NCBI GenBank assembly: GCA_039801885.1
Contig: JBDRVN010000038.1
Location: 1 to 17,745, forward strand
Reading direction: 5' to 3'
DNA from: a candidate division WOR-3 bacterium
Lineage (GTDB): Bacteria > Hydrothermota > Tepidihabitantia > Tepidihabitantales > DTDR01
DNA: 17,745 nt
The notes beneath the pieces were generated by a model that worked only from the letters and a program-made list of their open reading frames with translations, was not told the DNA's origin and made no database searches. Each line of letters begins with the position of its first letter. Position 1 is the first letter of the stretch. The translations under genes and the position numbers were made by a program. Shown here piece by piece: positions 1 through 7,143 of this stretch.

Positions 1-1179
1 TTCTTTTAAATATTCATCAATAATTTCTTTCAATTTCTTTTGATAAAGAAAATTTCTTAAATCTTCTTGAATTTCTGAAAAAGGTAAAGTTCGCTCTTTC
101 TCTTTTTTCAACATTTTTATCAAATGGAATCCTTCTTTGGATAAAACTGGCTCCGAAACTTCTCCGCTATCAAGATTTTCACAGACTTCCTTAAAAGGTG
201 AAAAAAGAAAATCGATAACAAATTCGCCAAGATAACCACCTTTTTCTTTTGTTTCTAAATCATAAGAATATTCTTTCGCTAATTTAGTAAAATCTTCGCC
301 TTTTAATATTTTATCTCGGATTTTCAAAAGTAAGTTTCTTATTCGGAGGGTATCCTCTTTATTTATCGGCACTTCAATAAAAATATGAGCAATTTTTACT
401 TTATTTTTTGTTTCATCTAATTTCTTTACAATATGATAACCGTATTGACTTCTAAGGGGAGAAGAGAATTCACCAATTTTTAGTTCCTTTACAGCTTCTT
501 GAAAAACCAAAGGCAAACTATCAATCCAAAACTCACCCAAATAACCTCCTTTCTCTTTAGTAGTTTTATCCTCGGAAAAACTTTTACAGATCTCTTCAAA
601 ATCACCGCCGCGCAACAAAATTTCATAAATTTCGCTAATCCTTCTTTGACTATTCTTCTCTTTTTCTTCCCCCGGTAAAATCGGAAGAAAAATATGAGCA
701 ATCTCACAAATGGTCGGCCTTCTTGCTAAAGAATCTTTTATCTCTTCATAAAATTCTTTTAATTCTAACGGAGTAATAGTAATATTTAAACGATTTTTTT
801 TTACTAACAATTTTTGAATAAGTAATTCCTGACGAAGATTATTTTTTAGAAATTCTTTTGCCTTTTCTAATAAAGTTTCACTTGTTAAAAAATTCTCTCT
901 TATCTTTTCTATCCTTTCTTTCCAAAGATTCTCTAATTCTTTTTCCTTTATCAAAATTGTCTCTTTTTCCGCTTCTTTTAGAAGAATTTTCCCATTAATC
1001 AAACTATTCAATAGAGAATCTTTTAAAATAATGGTATCAATAACCGGTGACGAGAATTCTTTAAGTAAAAGATAATTTTTTTGAAATTCCGAATAAAGAA
1101 TAATTTCATCATCCACATAAGCAGCAATACGATCGTAAGAAAAAGCAGAAAAAACCGAAAATATTAAAAAATAAATCAT
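1..1179 (-). CDS. SurA-like peptidyl-prolyl isomerase/chaperone with two parvulin (PpiC) domains; 3' end runs off the window
   Basis: Manually translated; absent from the ORF track because there is no stop in the window. ATG at 1179 overlaps the upstream TGA (ATGA). Begins MIYFLIFSVFSAFSYDRIAAYVDDEIILYSE (signal peptide plus SurA N-terminal DRIAA-V motif). Domain 1: IAHIF...GGDFEEICKSFSEDKTTKEKGGYLG...GYHIVK. Domain 2: IAHIF...GEDFTKLAKEYSYDLETKEKGGYLG...GFHLIK. The frame is open to base 1. Confidence 0.9.
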   Translation of the reverse strand, partial: MIYFLIFSVFSAFSYDRIAAYVDDEIILYSEFQKNYLLLKEFSSPVIDTIILKDSLLNSLINGKILLKEAEKETILIKEKELENLWKERIEKIRENFLTSETLLEKAKEFLKNNLRQELLIQKLLVKKNRLNITITPLELKEFYEEIKDSLARRPTICEIAHIFLPILPGEEKEKNSQRRISEIYEILLRGGDFEEICKSFSEDKTTKEKGGYLGEFWIDSLPLVFQEAVKELKIGEFSSPLRSQYGYHIVKKLDETKNKVKIAHIFIEVPINKEDTLRIRNLLLKIRDKILKGEDFTKLAKEYSYDLETKEKGGYLGEFVIDFLFSPFKEVCENLDSGEVSEPVLSKEGFHLIKMLKKEKERTLPFSEIQEDLRNFLYQKKLKEIIDEYLKE

Positions 1180-1970
1180 TTGAAGAAATTTTCCGGATGA
1201 TAACTCACTTTGTATTTTTCTTTTAAATCTAAAAGCATTTTATTCAACATTTCATAACCCTTTTTATATTGTAATATCTGTTTAATATAATTTTCTACTT
1301 CTCCTAAGGAGATATCTTTCTTCACTTTCTTTTTATCCACCAATTGAATAATCTGATATCCTTCCTGAGATTTTATTGGTGAAGTGAATTCGTTAATTTT
1401 CAAAGAGAAAATCTCTTCTTCCAAAATTGGATCGGTTAAAAAACCCCTTGGAAAATATTTAGATTCTTCTCCGGCAGGCAAAAGCTGGTCTTGCGAATAT
1501 TCTTTTGCTAAAGAAATAAAATCTTTTCCTACCTTTAGCTCTTCATAAATTCTATTTGCCAAATCTTCGTCATAAACCACAATCCTCCTAATTTTAATTT
1601 CTGAAAGGAAATCTTCTTTATGTTGATTATAATACTCTGATACCTCTTTTTGAGAGACCGAAATCTTTTTTGCTTCCTCCTCAATTAGTGCATTAGCAAA
1701 AAAATCTCTTTCCAAAGCCCTTAATTTCATTTGTAAATTCTTATTTTTGGTCAGCCCCTTTCTTTGAGCAGCAAGATAAATAAGTTCGCTATTCACAATT
1801 CTTTCTAAAATTGGCATCAAATTTTGTTCATTTAAAATAACCTCTTGGGGAATTTGAACGAGAATTTCACTTTTAGTAATCTTTTTATTACCAATTTTTA
1901 TTACCGGCTTCTCTTCCCGGCAAGAAAAAAAGGCAAAAAATACTAATAAAGAAATAATTATCTTTTTCAT
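1176..1970 (-). CDS. PrsA/PpiC-type foldase lipoprotein with a single parvulin-like domain
   Basis: Lipoprotein signal MKKIIISLLVFFAFFSC; parvulin-like segment GKDFISLAKEYSQD...FTSPIKSQEGYQIIQL; SD AGGAGTG upstream of the ATG. Confidence 0.85.
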   Translation of the reverse strand: MKKIIISLLVFFAFFSCREEKPVIKIGNKKITKSEILVQIPQEVILNEQNLMPILERIVNSELIYLAAQRKGLTKNKNLQMKLRALERDFFANALIEEEAKKISVSQKEVSEYYNQHKEDFLSEIKIRRIVVYDEDLANRIYEELKVGKDFISLAKEYSQDQLLPAGEESKYFPRGFLTDPILEEEIFSLKINEFTSPIKSQEGYQIIQLVDKKKVKKDISLGEVENYIKQILQYKKGYEMLNKMLLDLKEKYKVSYHPENFFK

Positions 1971-2003
1971 TTTTTCACTCCTTTTTAAATAAAATCTTAA
2001 TCA

Positions 2004-2032
2004 ATAATAAAGAAATTTAAAATTAAAGTCAA
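2004..2032 (-). promoter_or_regulatory. Putative sigma70-type promoter for the prsA-like/surA-like genes
   Basis: Minus strand TTGACT-N17-TATTAT, with the -10 about 33 nt upstream of the ATG at 1970. Confidence 0.55.
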
Positions 2033-2044
2033 TAAATGAAAAAA

Positions 2045-2224
2045 CTAAAAATCTTCGTCCCCAAAATCTTCGTCAAAATTCTCTTCAAAATCTTCCTCAA
2101 TATTGTAATCCTCTTTCACTTCATCCATACATTCTTCGTAATCTGGACATTCTACACAACAATTCTTTTTTAGTTTTCCTTCTATTTCACAATCATAATA
2201 ATCCGGGCAGACTTCACAACACAT
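2045..2224 (-). CDS. Unannotated 59-aa Cys-rich microprotein with an acidic tail (2x CC-x2-C-x5-C)
   Basis: Manual translation: MCCEVCPDYYDCEIEGKLKKNCCVECPDYEECMDEVKEDYNIEEDFEENFDEDFGDEDF*. SD-like AGGGGG 4 nt before the ATG. Internal duplication with a 60-nt period. Paralogous to the ORF at 2239-2394. Confidence 0.85.
   Translation of the reverse strand: MCCEVCPDYYDCEIEGKLKKNCCVECPDYEECMDEVKEDYNIEEDFEENFDEDFGDEDF
2048..2098 (-). repeat. Degenerate ~12-nt tandem repeat encoding EEDF-EENF-DEDF-G-DEDF
   Basis: Minus strand GAGGAAGATTTT GAAGAGAATTTT GACGAAGATTTT GGG GACGAAGATTTT, then TAG. Confidence 0.75.
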
Positions 2225-2238
2225 TTTTCCCCCTTTTT

Positions 2239-2394
2239 TTATTTTCTTTTTTTCAATTTCTTGTTATAAACAATCTTTTCTCTTTTATCTTCCTTAGTCA
2301 TTGCCATACAAGAATCAAAATATTTACATTTTTCACAGCAACTCTCATTTTTATTTTTACAAATATTAAAAAGATTGCAAACTTGGCAACACAT
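2239..2394 (-). CDS. Unannotated 51-aa Cys-rich microprotein with a basic tail (2x CC-x2-C-x5-C)
   Basis: Manual translation: MCCQVCNLFNICKNKNESCCEKCKYFDSCMAMTKEDKREKIVYNKKLKKRK*. The ATG lies 1 nt after the speB stop (TAA-A-ATG). Same Cys spacing as the downstream paralog. Confidence 0.8.
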   Translation of the reverse strand: MCCQVCNLFNICKNKNESCCEKCKYFDSCMAMTKEDKREKIVYNKKLKKRK

Positions 2395-2395
2395 T

Positions 2396-3220
2396 TTATT
2401 TTATTATTAGGAGAACCTCCCGAAGAACTTCGGCACAAAGGGAAGCATAAACTAAAGGACTACTTAAAAGGGGGGAAAATTCTACTATATCAACACCAAC
2501 AATCTCTAAATTTTTTAATAATTTAAAAGAAGAAACCAACTCTAAAAAACTGATTCCACCGGCAATTGGTGTCTGAACCGCTGGCAACACACCCATATCT
2601 AAAACATCTAAATCTAATGATAAATAAATTTTTTTATTTTTCAACAAAGAAATAACTTTTTTTAATGGCTTAAAAACTTCAAAAAGAAAGAGATTAGGAT
2701 TTTTCTTTAAACAATCTTTTGTTAAAGAACGGATTCCAAATTGATAAAGATTCTCTTTACCCACTATTTCCAAAATTCTTTTCGCCACTGTTGCGTGACA
2801 AATTTTTTCGCCCATAAAATCTTCTCTTAAATCAGAATGGGCATCAAAAATAATCACTGCCAAGTTTTTATAATATTCCTGAAAAGCCTTCACAATTGGA
2901 TAAGTAATTGTATGTTCGCCACCAAGAATTACCATCTTCTTATTTTCTTTTAAGTAACCTTTTATTACATCTTTTACTTCTTTTATAAAATCTTTGGGAT
3001 TTTCGTTTTGAAAATTAAAATTTCCTAAATCACAGATCTTAATCTCGTTTAAATCCCTCTTTTGATAAGGACTATAAGTGTCAATATTCTCTGCTCCTTC
3101 ACGAATTAAATCAGGAGCAAATCGAGAGCCGGAAATAAAAGAGGAGGTTTTATCATAACCAATACCCAAAATTAAAATATCCGCCTCTTTTAAAGAGGCG
3201 TTGGCAAAATAAAAACTCAT
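2396..3220 (-). CDS. speB: Agmatinase (ureohydrolase/arginase family)
   Basis: Ureohydrolase metal-binding motifs GGEHTIT, DAHSD and SLDLDVLD; N-terminal YDKTSSFISGSRFAP; C-terminal DIVEFSP. Confidence 0.88.
   Translation of the reverse strand: MSFYFANASLKEADILILGIGYDKTSSFISGSRFAPDLIREGAENIDTYSPYQKRDLNEIKICDLGNFNFQNENPKDFIKEVKDVIKGYLKENKKMVILGGEHTITYPIVKAFQEYYKNLAVIIFDAHSDLREDFMGEKICHATVAKRILEIVGKENLYQFGIRSLTKDCLKKNPNLFLFEVFKPLKKVISLLKNKKIYLSLDLDVLDMGVLPAVQTPIAGGISFLELVSSFKLLKNLEIVGVDIVEFSPLLSSPLVYASLCAEVLREVLLIIK
3182..3200. repeat. Perfect 9-bp inverted repeat inside the 5' end of speB
   Basis: CGCCTCTTT-T-AAAGAGGCG at 3182-3200. Confidence 0.7.
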
Positions 3221-3227
3221 TTGGAAA

Positions 3228-3255
3228 AATATATAAAAAATTTTTAAAAAATCAA
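3228..3255 (-). promoter_or_regulatory. Putative sigma70 promoter for speB, probably giving a leaderless mRNA
   Basis: Minus strand TTGATT-N16-TATATT-N7-ATG, with no SD sequence before the ATG at 3220. Confidence 0.55.
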
Positions 3256-3460
3256 TAAGAAAGTAAATTGGTTTAAGATATGGTTATCGGATTAATAAGA
3301 ATAGTAAGGAGAAGAATGCTTTTAAATCCCAAAAGAAGAAACATAAAAAACTAAATGAAAACTTTAAAATAGGGATAATGCCTTAATTCAATATTAAAAG
3401 TGGCATCCCGTACCAAAAATTTCTTATAAGTAATTATATTTCAAATGCTTATCTTAAAAT

Positions 3461-3491
3461 TGAAAGAAAGATAGGGAACATTCCCCCTACC
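3461..3491 (-). terminator. Possible intrinsic terminator or hairpin on the minus strand
   Basis: Minus strand GGTAGGGGG-AATG-TTCCCTATC (9-bp stem with 3 G-U pairs) followed by TTTCTTTCA. Confidence 0.35.
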
Positions 3492-3768
3492 ATTTTATCA
3501 TCGTCTTAATAAGCATCTTAACCTCATTCTTATAGATAGTGTAAGAATGATTGATAAAGAAGTATTATCGTTCTTTCTTCTATCAGTATTATTACGGTTA
3601 TTTCTAATAAACTCCCTAAGGTTATAGATATTAATCTTAGTAGATGTTTTACTCTTAATATTAAAAGAAAAAAATAGAAAGAAACACAAAAAGAAAGCCA
3701 ATAAAAATTTTGCCAATTTTTCAATTATGCTTTTCGTTATTATTTTATATACTCTTATATTCTAATGA

Positions 3769-3796
3769 TTGACTAAATTTTTGTATATTTTATAAT
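3769..3796 (+). promoter_or_regulatory. Sigma70-type promoter for rtcB-uvrC
   Basis: TTGACT(3769-3774)-N16-TATAAT(3791-3796); SD GGAGG at 3807-3811; ATG at 3818. Confidence 0.7.
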
Positions 3797-3817
3797 TATA
3801 TATATTGGAGGTTAAAT

Positions 3818-5278
3818 ATGTCAAATGAATGGAAAGGACCGTTAATAAAAATTGATGACTGGCGTTATAAAGTACCAAAAAGTTATAAACCAGAAATGCA
3901 CGTTGATGGAATTATTTATGCGAATGAACAGTTACTAATTCATATCAAGCAAGAAATGGCTTTGGAACAAGTAGCAAATGTTGCCACTTTACCAGGAATA
4001 TTAAAATACTCATTGGCAATGCCTGATATCCATTGGGGTTATGGATTTGCGATTGGTGGTGTGGCGGCTTTTGATTTAAAAGAAGGTGTTATCTCGCCTG
4101 GTGGCGTAGGTTACGATATCAATTGTGGTGTAAGATTATTAAAAACAAATTTAACAATTAAGGATTTAAAACCAAATCTTTTGGAACAATTGGTAAGAAG
4201 TATTTTTCATAATGTTCCTTCCGGTGTGGGTTCTACCGGTAAGATAAGAATTTCCGAAAGGGAAGTTAAGGATGTTTTAGAAAAAGGAGCAAGGTGGGCT
4301 TATGAAAAAGGGTTCGGAACAGAAGGGGATTTGAAATTTACCGAAGAAAATGGACAAATGAAAGGAGCAAGACCGGATTTAGTTTCAAAAAGAGCATTAG
4401 AAAGAGGAACGCCACAACTTGGTACCCTTGGTGCTGGTAATCACTTTTTAGAAATCCAAGTAATTGAAACCATTTATGACGAAGAATGTGCTAAAGTTTT
4501 TGGCTTAGAAAAAGGAATGGTCACAGTAATGATTCATACTGGTTCGCGCGGTCTTGGTTACCAAATCTGTGACGATGCTATAAAGAATTTAAGAAAAGCA
4601 GTACAGAAATATGGAATAAAACTACCCGACCAGCAACTTGCCTGTGCGCCAATTGAATCACCAGAAGGTAGAGAATATTATAGTGTTATGGTTTGTGCGG
4701 CAAATTATGCCTGGGCAAATCGACAATGTATCACCCATTGGGTAAGAGAAGCTTTTAGTCAGGTTCTGAAGAAACCGGTACAACAATTGGGGATGGATTT
4801 AATTTATGATGTGGCTCATAATATTGCTAAATTTGAAGAGCACCTAATTGATGGCCAAAAGAAAATGGTATGTGTTCACCGCAAAGGAGCCACCAGAGCT
4901 TTTCCACCTAACCATCCTCAAATTCCGGAGGAATATAAAAAAATTGGCCAACCAGTGATTATTCCCGGCGATATGGGAACAAATTCTTATTTACTTATTG
5001 GCACGGAAAGGGCATTTTATGAAACCTTTGGTTCAACCTGTCATGGTGCTGGAAGAGTTTGGTCAAGAGAAAGGGCTTTGCGAGAAACAAAGAATCGCGA
5101 TATTGCTCAGGAACTAAGACAAAAAAATATTATTGTGATGGCAGCAAGTAGAGACGTTTTAAGAGAAGAAGTTCCCGATGCTTATAAAGATGTAGATATC
5201 GTTGTTGACGTCTGCCATAATGCCGGTATATCAAAAAGAGTTTGTAAAATGAGACCTTTGGGTGTAGTCAAAGGTTAA
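3818..5278 (+). CDS. rtcB: RtcB 3'-phosphate/5'-OH RNA ligase (long, archaeal/eukaryote-like form)
   Basis: Motifs MPDIHWGYGF, GYDINCG, GTLGAGNHF, HTGSRG, HNIAK, HRKGATRA, IPGDMG, STCHGAGR (guanylylated His) and EEVPDAYKDV. Confidence 0.96.
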   Translation: MSNEWKGPLIKIDDWRYKVPKSYKPEMHVDGIIYANEQLLIHIKQEMALEQVANVATLPGILKYSLAMPDIHWGYGFAIGGVAAFDLKEGVISPGGVGYDINCGVRLLKTNLTIKDLKPNLLEQLVRSIFHNVPSGVGSTGKIRISEREVKDVLEKGARWAYEKGFGTEGDLKFTEENGQMKGARPDLVSKRALERGTPQLGTLGAGNHFLEIQVIETIYDEECAKVFGLEKGMVTVMIHTGSRGLGYQICDDAIKNLRKAVQKYGIKLPDQQLACAPIESPEGREYYSVMVCAANYAWANRQCITHWVREAFSQVLKKPVQQLGMDLIYDVAHNIAKFEEHLIDGQKKMVCVHRKGATRAFPPNHPQIPEEYKKIGQPVIIPGDMGTNSYLLIGTERAFYETFGSTCHGAGRVWSRERALRETKNRDIAQELRQKNIIVMAASRDVLREEVPDAYKDVDIVVDVCHNAGISKRVCKMRPLGVVKG

Positions 5279-7071
5279 TGTCTAACTCCCTTTTAGAAAC
5301 TAAAATAAATAATGCTCCCTCTTCATCCGGTGTTTATCTTTTTAAAAATCGAGAAGGAAAAATTATTTATATTGGCAAGGCAAGAAATTTAAAAGAAAGA
5401 TTAAAATATTATCTTCAACCCCAACCCGATATAAGAAGAACAAATTTAATAAAAGAGATCTTTGATTTAGATATTATTATTACCTCTTCAGAAAGCGATG
5501 CCTTAATTTTAGAAGACAATCTTATAAAGATAAATAAACCAAAATACAATATCCGTTTAAAGGACGACAAAAAGTTTCCTTATTTAAAAATTACTATCAA
5601 TGAAGAATACCCAAGAATTTTTCCAACAAGAAATTTAAAAGAAGATGGTTCAATTTTATTTGGACCCTATACTTCGGCAAAAAATTTAAGGCAAGCATTA
5701 AGACTGGTAAAAAAAATTTTTAAGATAAGAACCTGTAATAAAAAATTACCTTTAACCATTTCGGAAAAACCTTGTTTAAATTATCGACTAAATCTCTGTT
5801 TAGGACCCTGTCAAAATAAGATTGATAAAGAAGTTTATAAAGAAAGAGTAAAAGAAGTAATCGAATTTCTAATGGGAAAATCAGAAGAATTAATAAAAGA
5901 GATCGAAAAAAAGATGTTAGAAGCAGCCAAAAACGAAGAATTTGAAAAAGCAGTAATTTTAAGAAACCAACTTTTTGCTTTACAAGAATTAAGGAAAAAA
6001 CACGAAGTAATTTTAAAAGATAAAAAATCCGTGGATGTTATCGGTGTTGCCAAAGATAAAAACTTAGCAATTATTATAATTTTTAAAATTAGGGAAGGGA
6101 AATTAATAAGTAAAGAAGAATATCCCTTTCATCTTCCTTTGACCAATACCGAAGAGGAAATTTTAGAGACTTTATTATCATCGGTTTATCTTCATAGTTA
6201 CAACATTCCTAACGAAATAATTTTACCAAAAGAAGTTCCCGAAATTCAAACATTTATTGAAACGATTGAAGAGCGAAGAGATATTAAAATAAAAATTACT
6301 ATCCCTAAAAAGGGTGAAAAGAAAAAACTTCTCAATCTTGCTCAAAAGAATGCTGAAGTTAAATTATTAGAAATATTGCCTACCCCTCGTTTACCAAAGG
6401 CTAATATGGAACTCGGTGATTATTTATCGTTAGAAAAAATACCAATAAGAATTGAAGGGGTAGATATTTCTAATCTTTTTGGCAAATATGCTTGTGGTTC
6501 AATAGTGGTTTTTGAAGGAATAACACCAAAAAAGATTGAGTATCGGAAATTCAAAATAAAAACGATAAGCGGCCAAGATGACTATGGAATGATGGAAGAG
6601 GTTTTAAGAAGAAGATTAAAAAGATTGATTGAAGAGAATACACCATTACCTGATTTGGTATTAGTAGATGGTGGTAAAGGACATTTAGCAGTAGCCAATA
6701 AAGTTTACAAAGAATTTAATAAAGATATTCCAATTTTAGCCTTTGCCAAAAAAAGCGATACCTTATATTTTGAAGACGGCAAAATTGTCTCCATACCTGC
6801 TTATTCACCAGCCTTAAAATTATTAAAAAGAATTAGAGACGAAGCTCATAGAGTTGCTATAACTTACCATAAAAACTTAAGAAAAAAAAGTATAAAAAAA
6901 TCAATATTAGACGAAATCCCTGGCATCGGAAAAAAAAGAAAGCTTCTTCTTTTAAATGCCTTTGGCAGTATTGAAGGAATAAAAAATGTAAAAATTGAAG
7001 ATATAGTAAAAATCGGTATTCCAAGAAATATCGCTGAAAAAATTCATCAATATATAAGTAATAGAAATTAA
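5278..7071 (+). CDS. uvrC: Excinuclease ABC subunit C
   Basis: GIY-YIG domain (GVYLFK...IYIGKARNL), PKYNIRLKDDKKFPY, Cys cluster, UVR domain, RNase H-like domain (GVDISN, DDYGMM, PDLVLVDGGKGH, RDEAHR) and C-terminal HhH (IPGIG). TAATG overlap with rtcB. Confidence 0.97.
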   Translation: MSNSLLETKINNAPSSSGVYLFKNREGKIIYIGKARNLKERLKYYLQPQPDIRRTNLIKEIFDLDIIITSSESDALILEDNLIKINKPKYNIRLKDDKKFPYLKITINEEYPRIFPTRNLKEDGSILFGPYTSAKNLRQALRLVKKIFKIRTCNKKLPLTISEKPCLNYRLNLCLGPCQNKIDKEVYKERVKEVIEFLMGKSEELIKEIEKKMLEAAKNEEFEKAVILRNQLFALQELRKKHEVILKDKKSVDVIGVAKDKNLAIIIIFKIREGKLISKEEYPFHLPLTNTEEEILETLLSSVYLHSYNIPNEIILPKEVPEIQTFIETIEERRDIKIKITIPKKGEKKKLLNLAQKNAEVKLLEILPTPRLPKANMELGDYLSLEKIPIRIEGVDISNLFGKYACGSIVVFEGITPKKIEYRKFKIKTISGQDDYGMMEEVLRRRLKRLIEENTPLPDLVLVDGGKGHLAVANKVYKEFNKDIPILAFAKKSDTLYFEDGKIVSIPAYSPALKLLKRIRDEAHRVAITYHKNLRKKSIKKSILDEIPGIGKKRKLLLLNAFGSIEGIKNVKIEDIVKIGIPRNIAEKIHQYISNRN

Positions 7072-7079
7072 ATCACTTA

Positions 7080-7107
7080 TTGATTTTTAAAAAAAAATTT
7101 TTATAAT
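7080..7107 (+). promoter_or_regulatory. Sigma70-type promoter for the 7144-8082 genes
   Basis: TTGATT(7080-7085)-N16-TATAAT(7102-7107); strong SD AGGAGG before the ATG at 7144. Confidence 0.65.
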
Positions 7108-7143
7108 TTATTTTTTAAAATAAAAACTTAAAAAGGAGGAAAA

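Noticed and set aside
489-707. 72-aa minus-strand ORF from the track
   Set aside because: It is an alternative frame inside the SurA-like gene (1-1179), whose own frame is uninterrupted.
2045-2394. Cys-rich microproteins as RiPP (ranthipeptide/sactipeptide) precursors
   Set aside because: The Cys residues start at position 2 with no leader peptide, and no radical SAM enzyme, peptidase or exporter is nearby.
3250-3500. Guanidine or other known riboswitch upstream of the ureohydrolase gene
   Set aside because: There are no paired ACGR-loop hairpins (guanidine-II) and no ykkC consensus elements, and speB has its own promoter directly at the ATG.
3498-3724. Two overlapping minus-strand ORFs (72 aa and 64 aa), one with a signal-peptide-like start
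   Set aside because: Both have TTG starts, no SD and no recognisable motif, and the hydrophobicity is explained by T-rich sequence. A decayed gene or small real ORF cannot be fully excluded, since a terminator-like hairpin follows.
3791-3800. TATAATTATA palindrome over the rtcB -10 box as an SOS-type operator
   Set aside because: It is entirely A/T in very AT-rich DNA and does not resemble LexA boxes I know (CTGT-N8-ACAG, GAAC-N4-GTTC).
5835-6053. Antisense ORF within uvrC
   Set aside because: Shadow ORF opposite a well-conserved gene, with no independent evidence.
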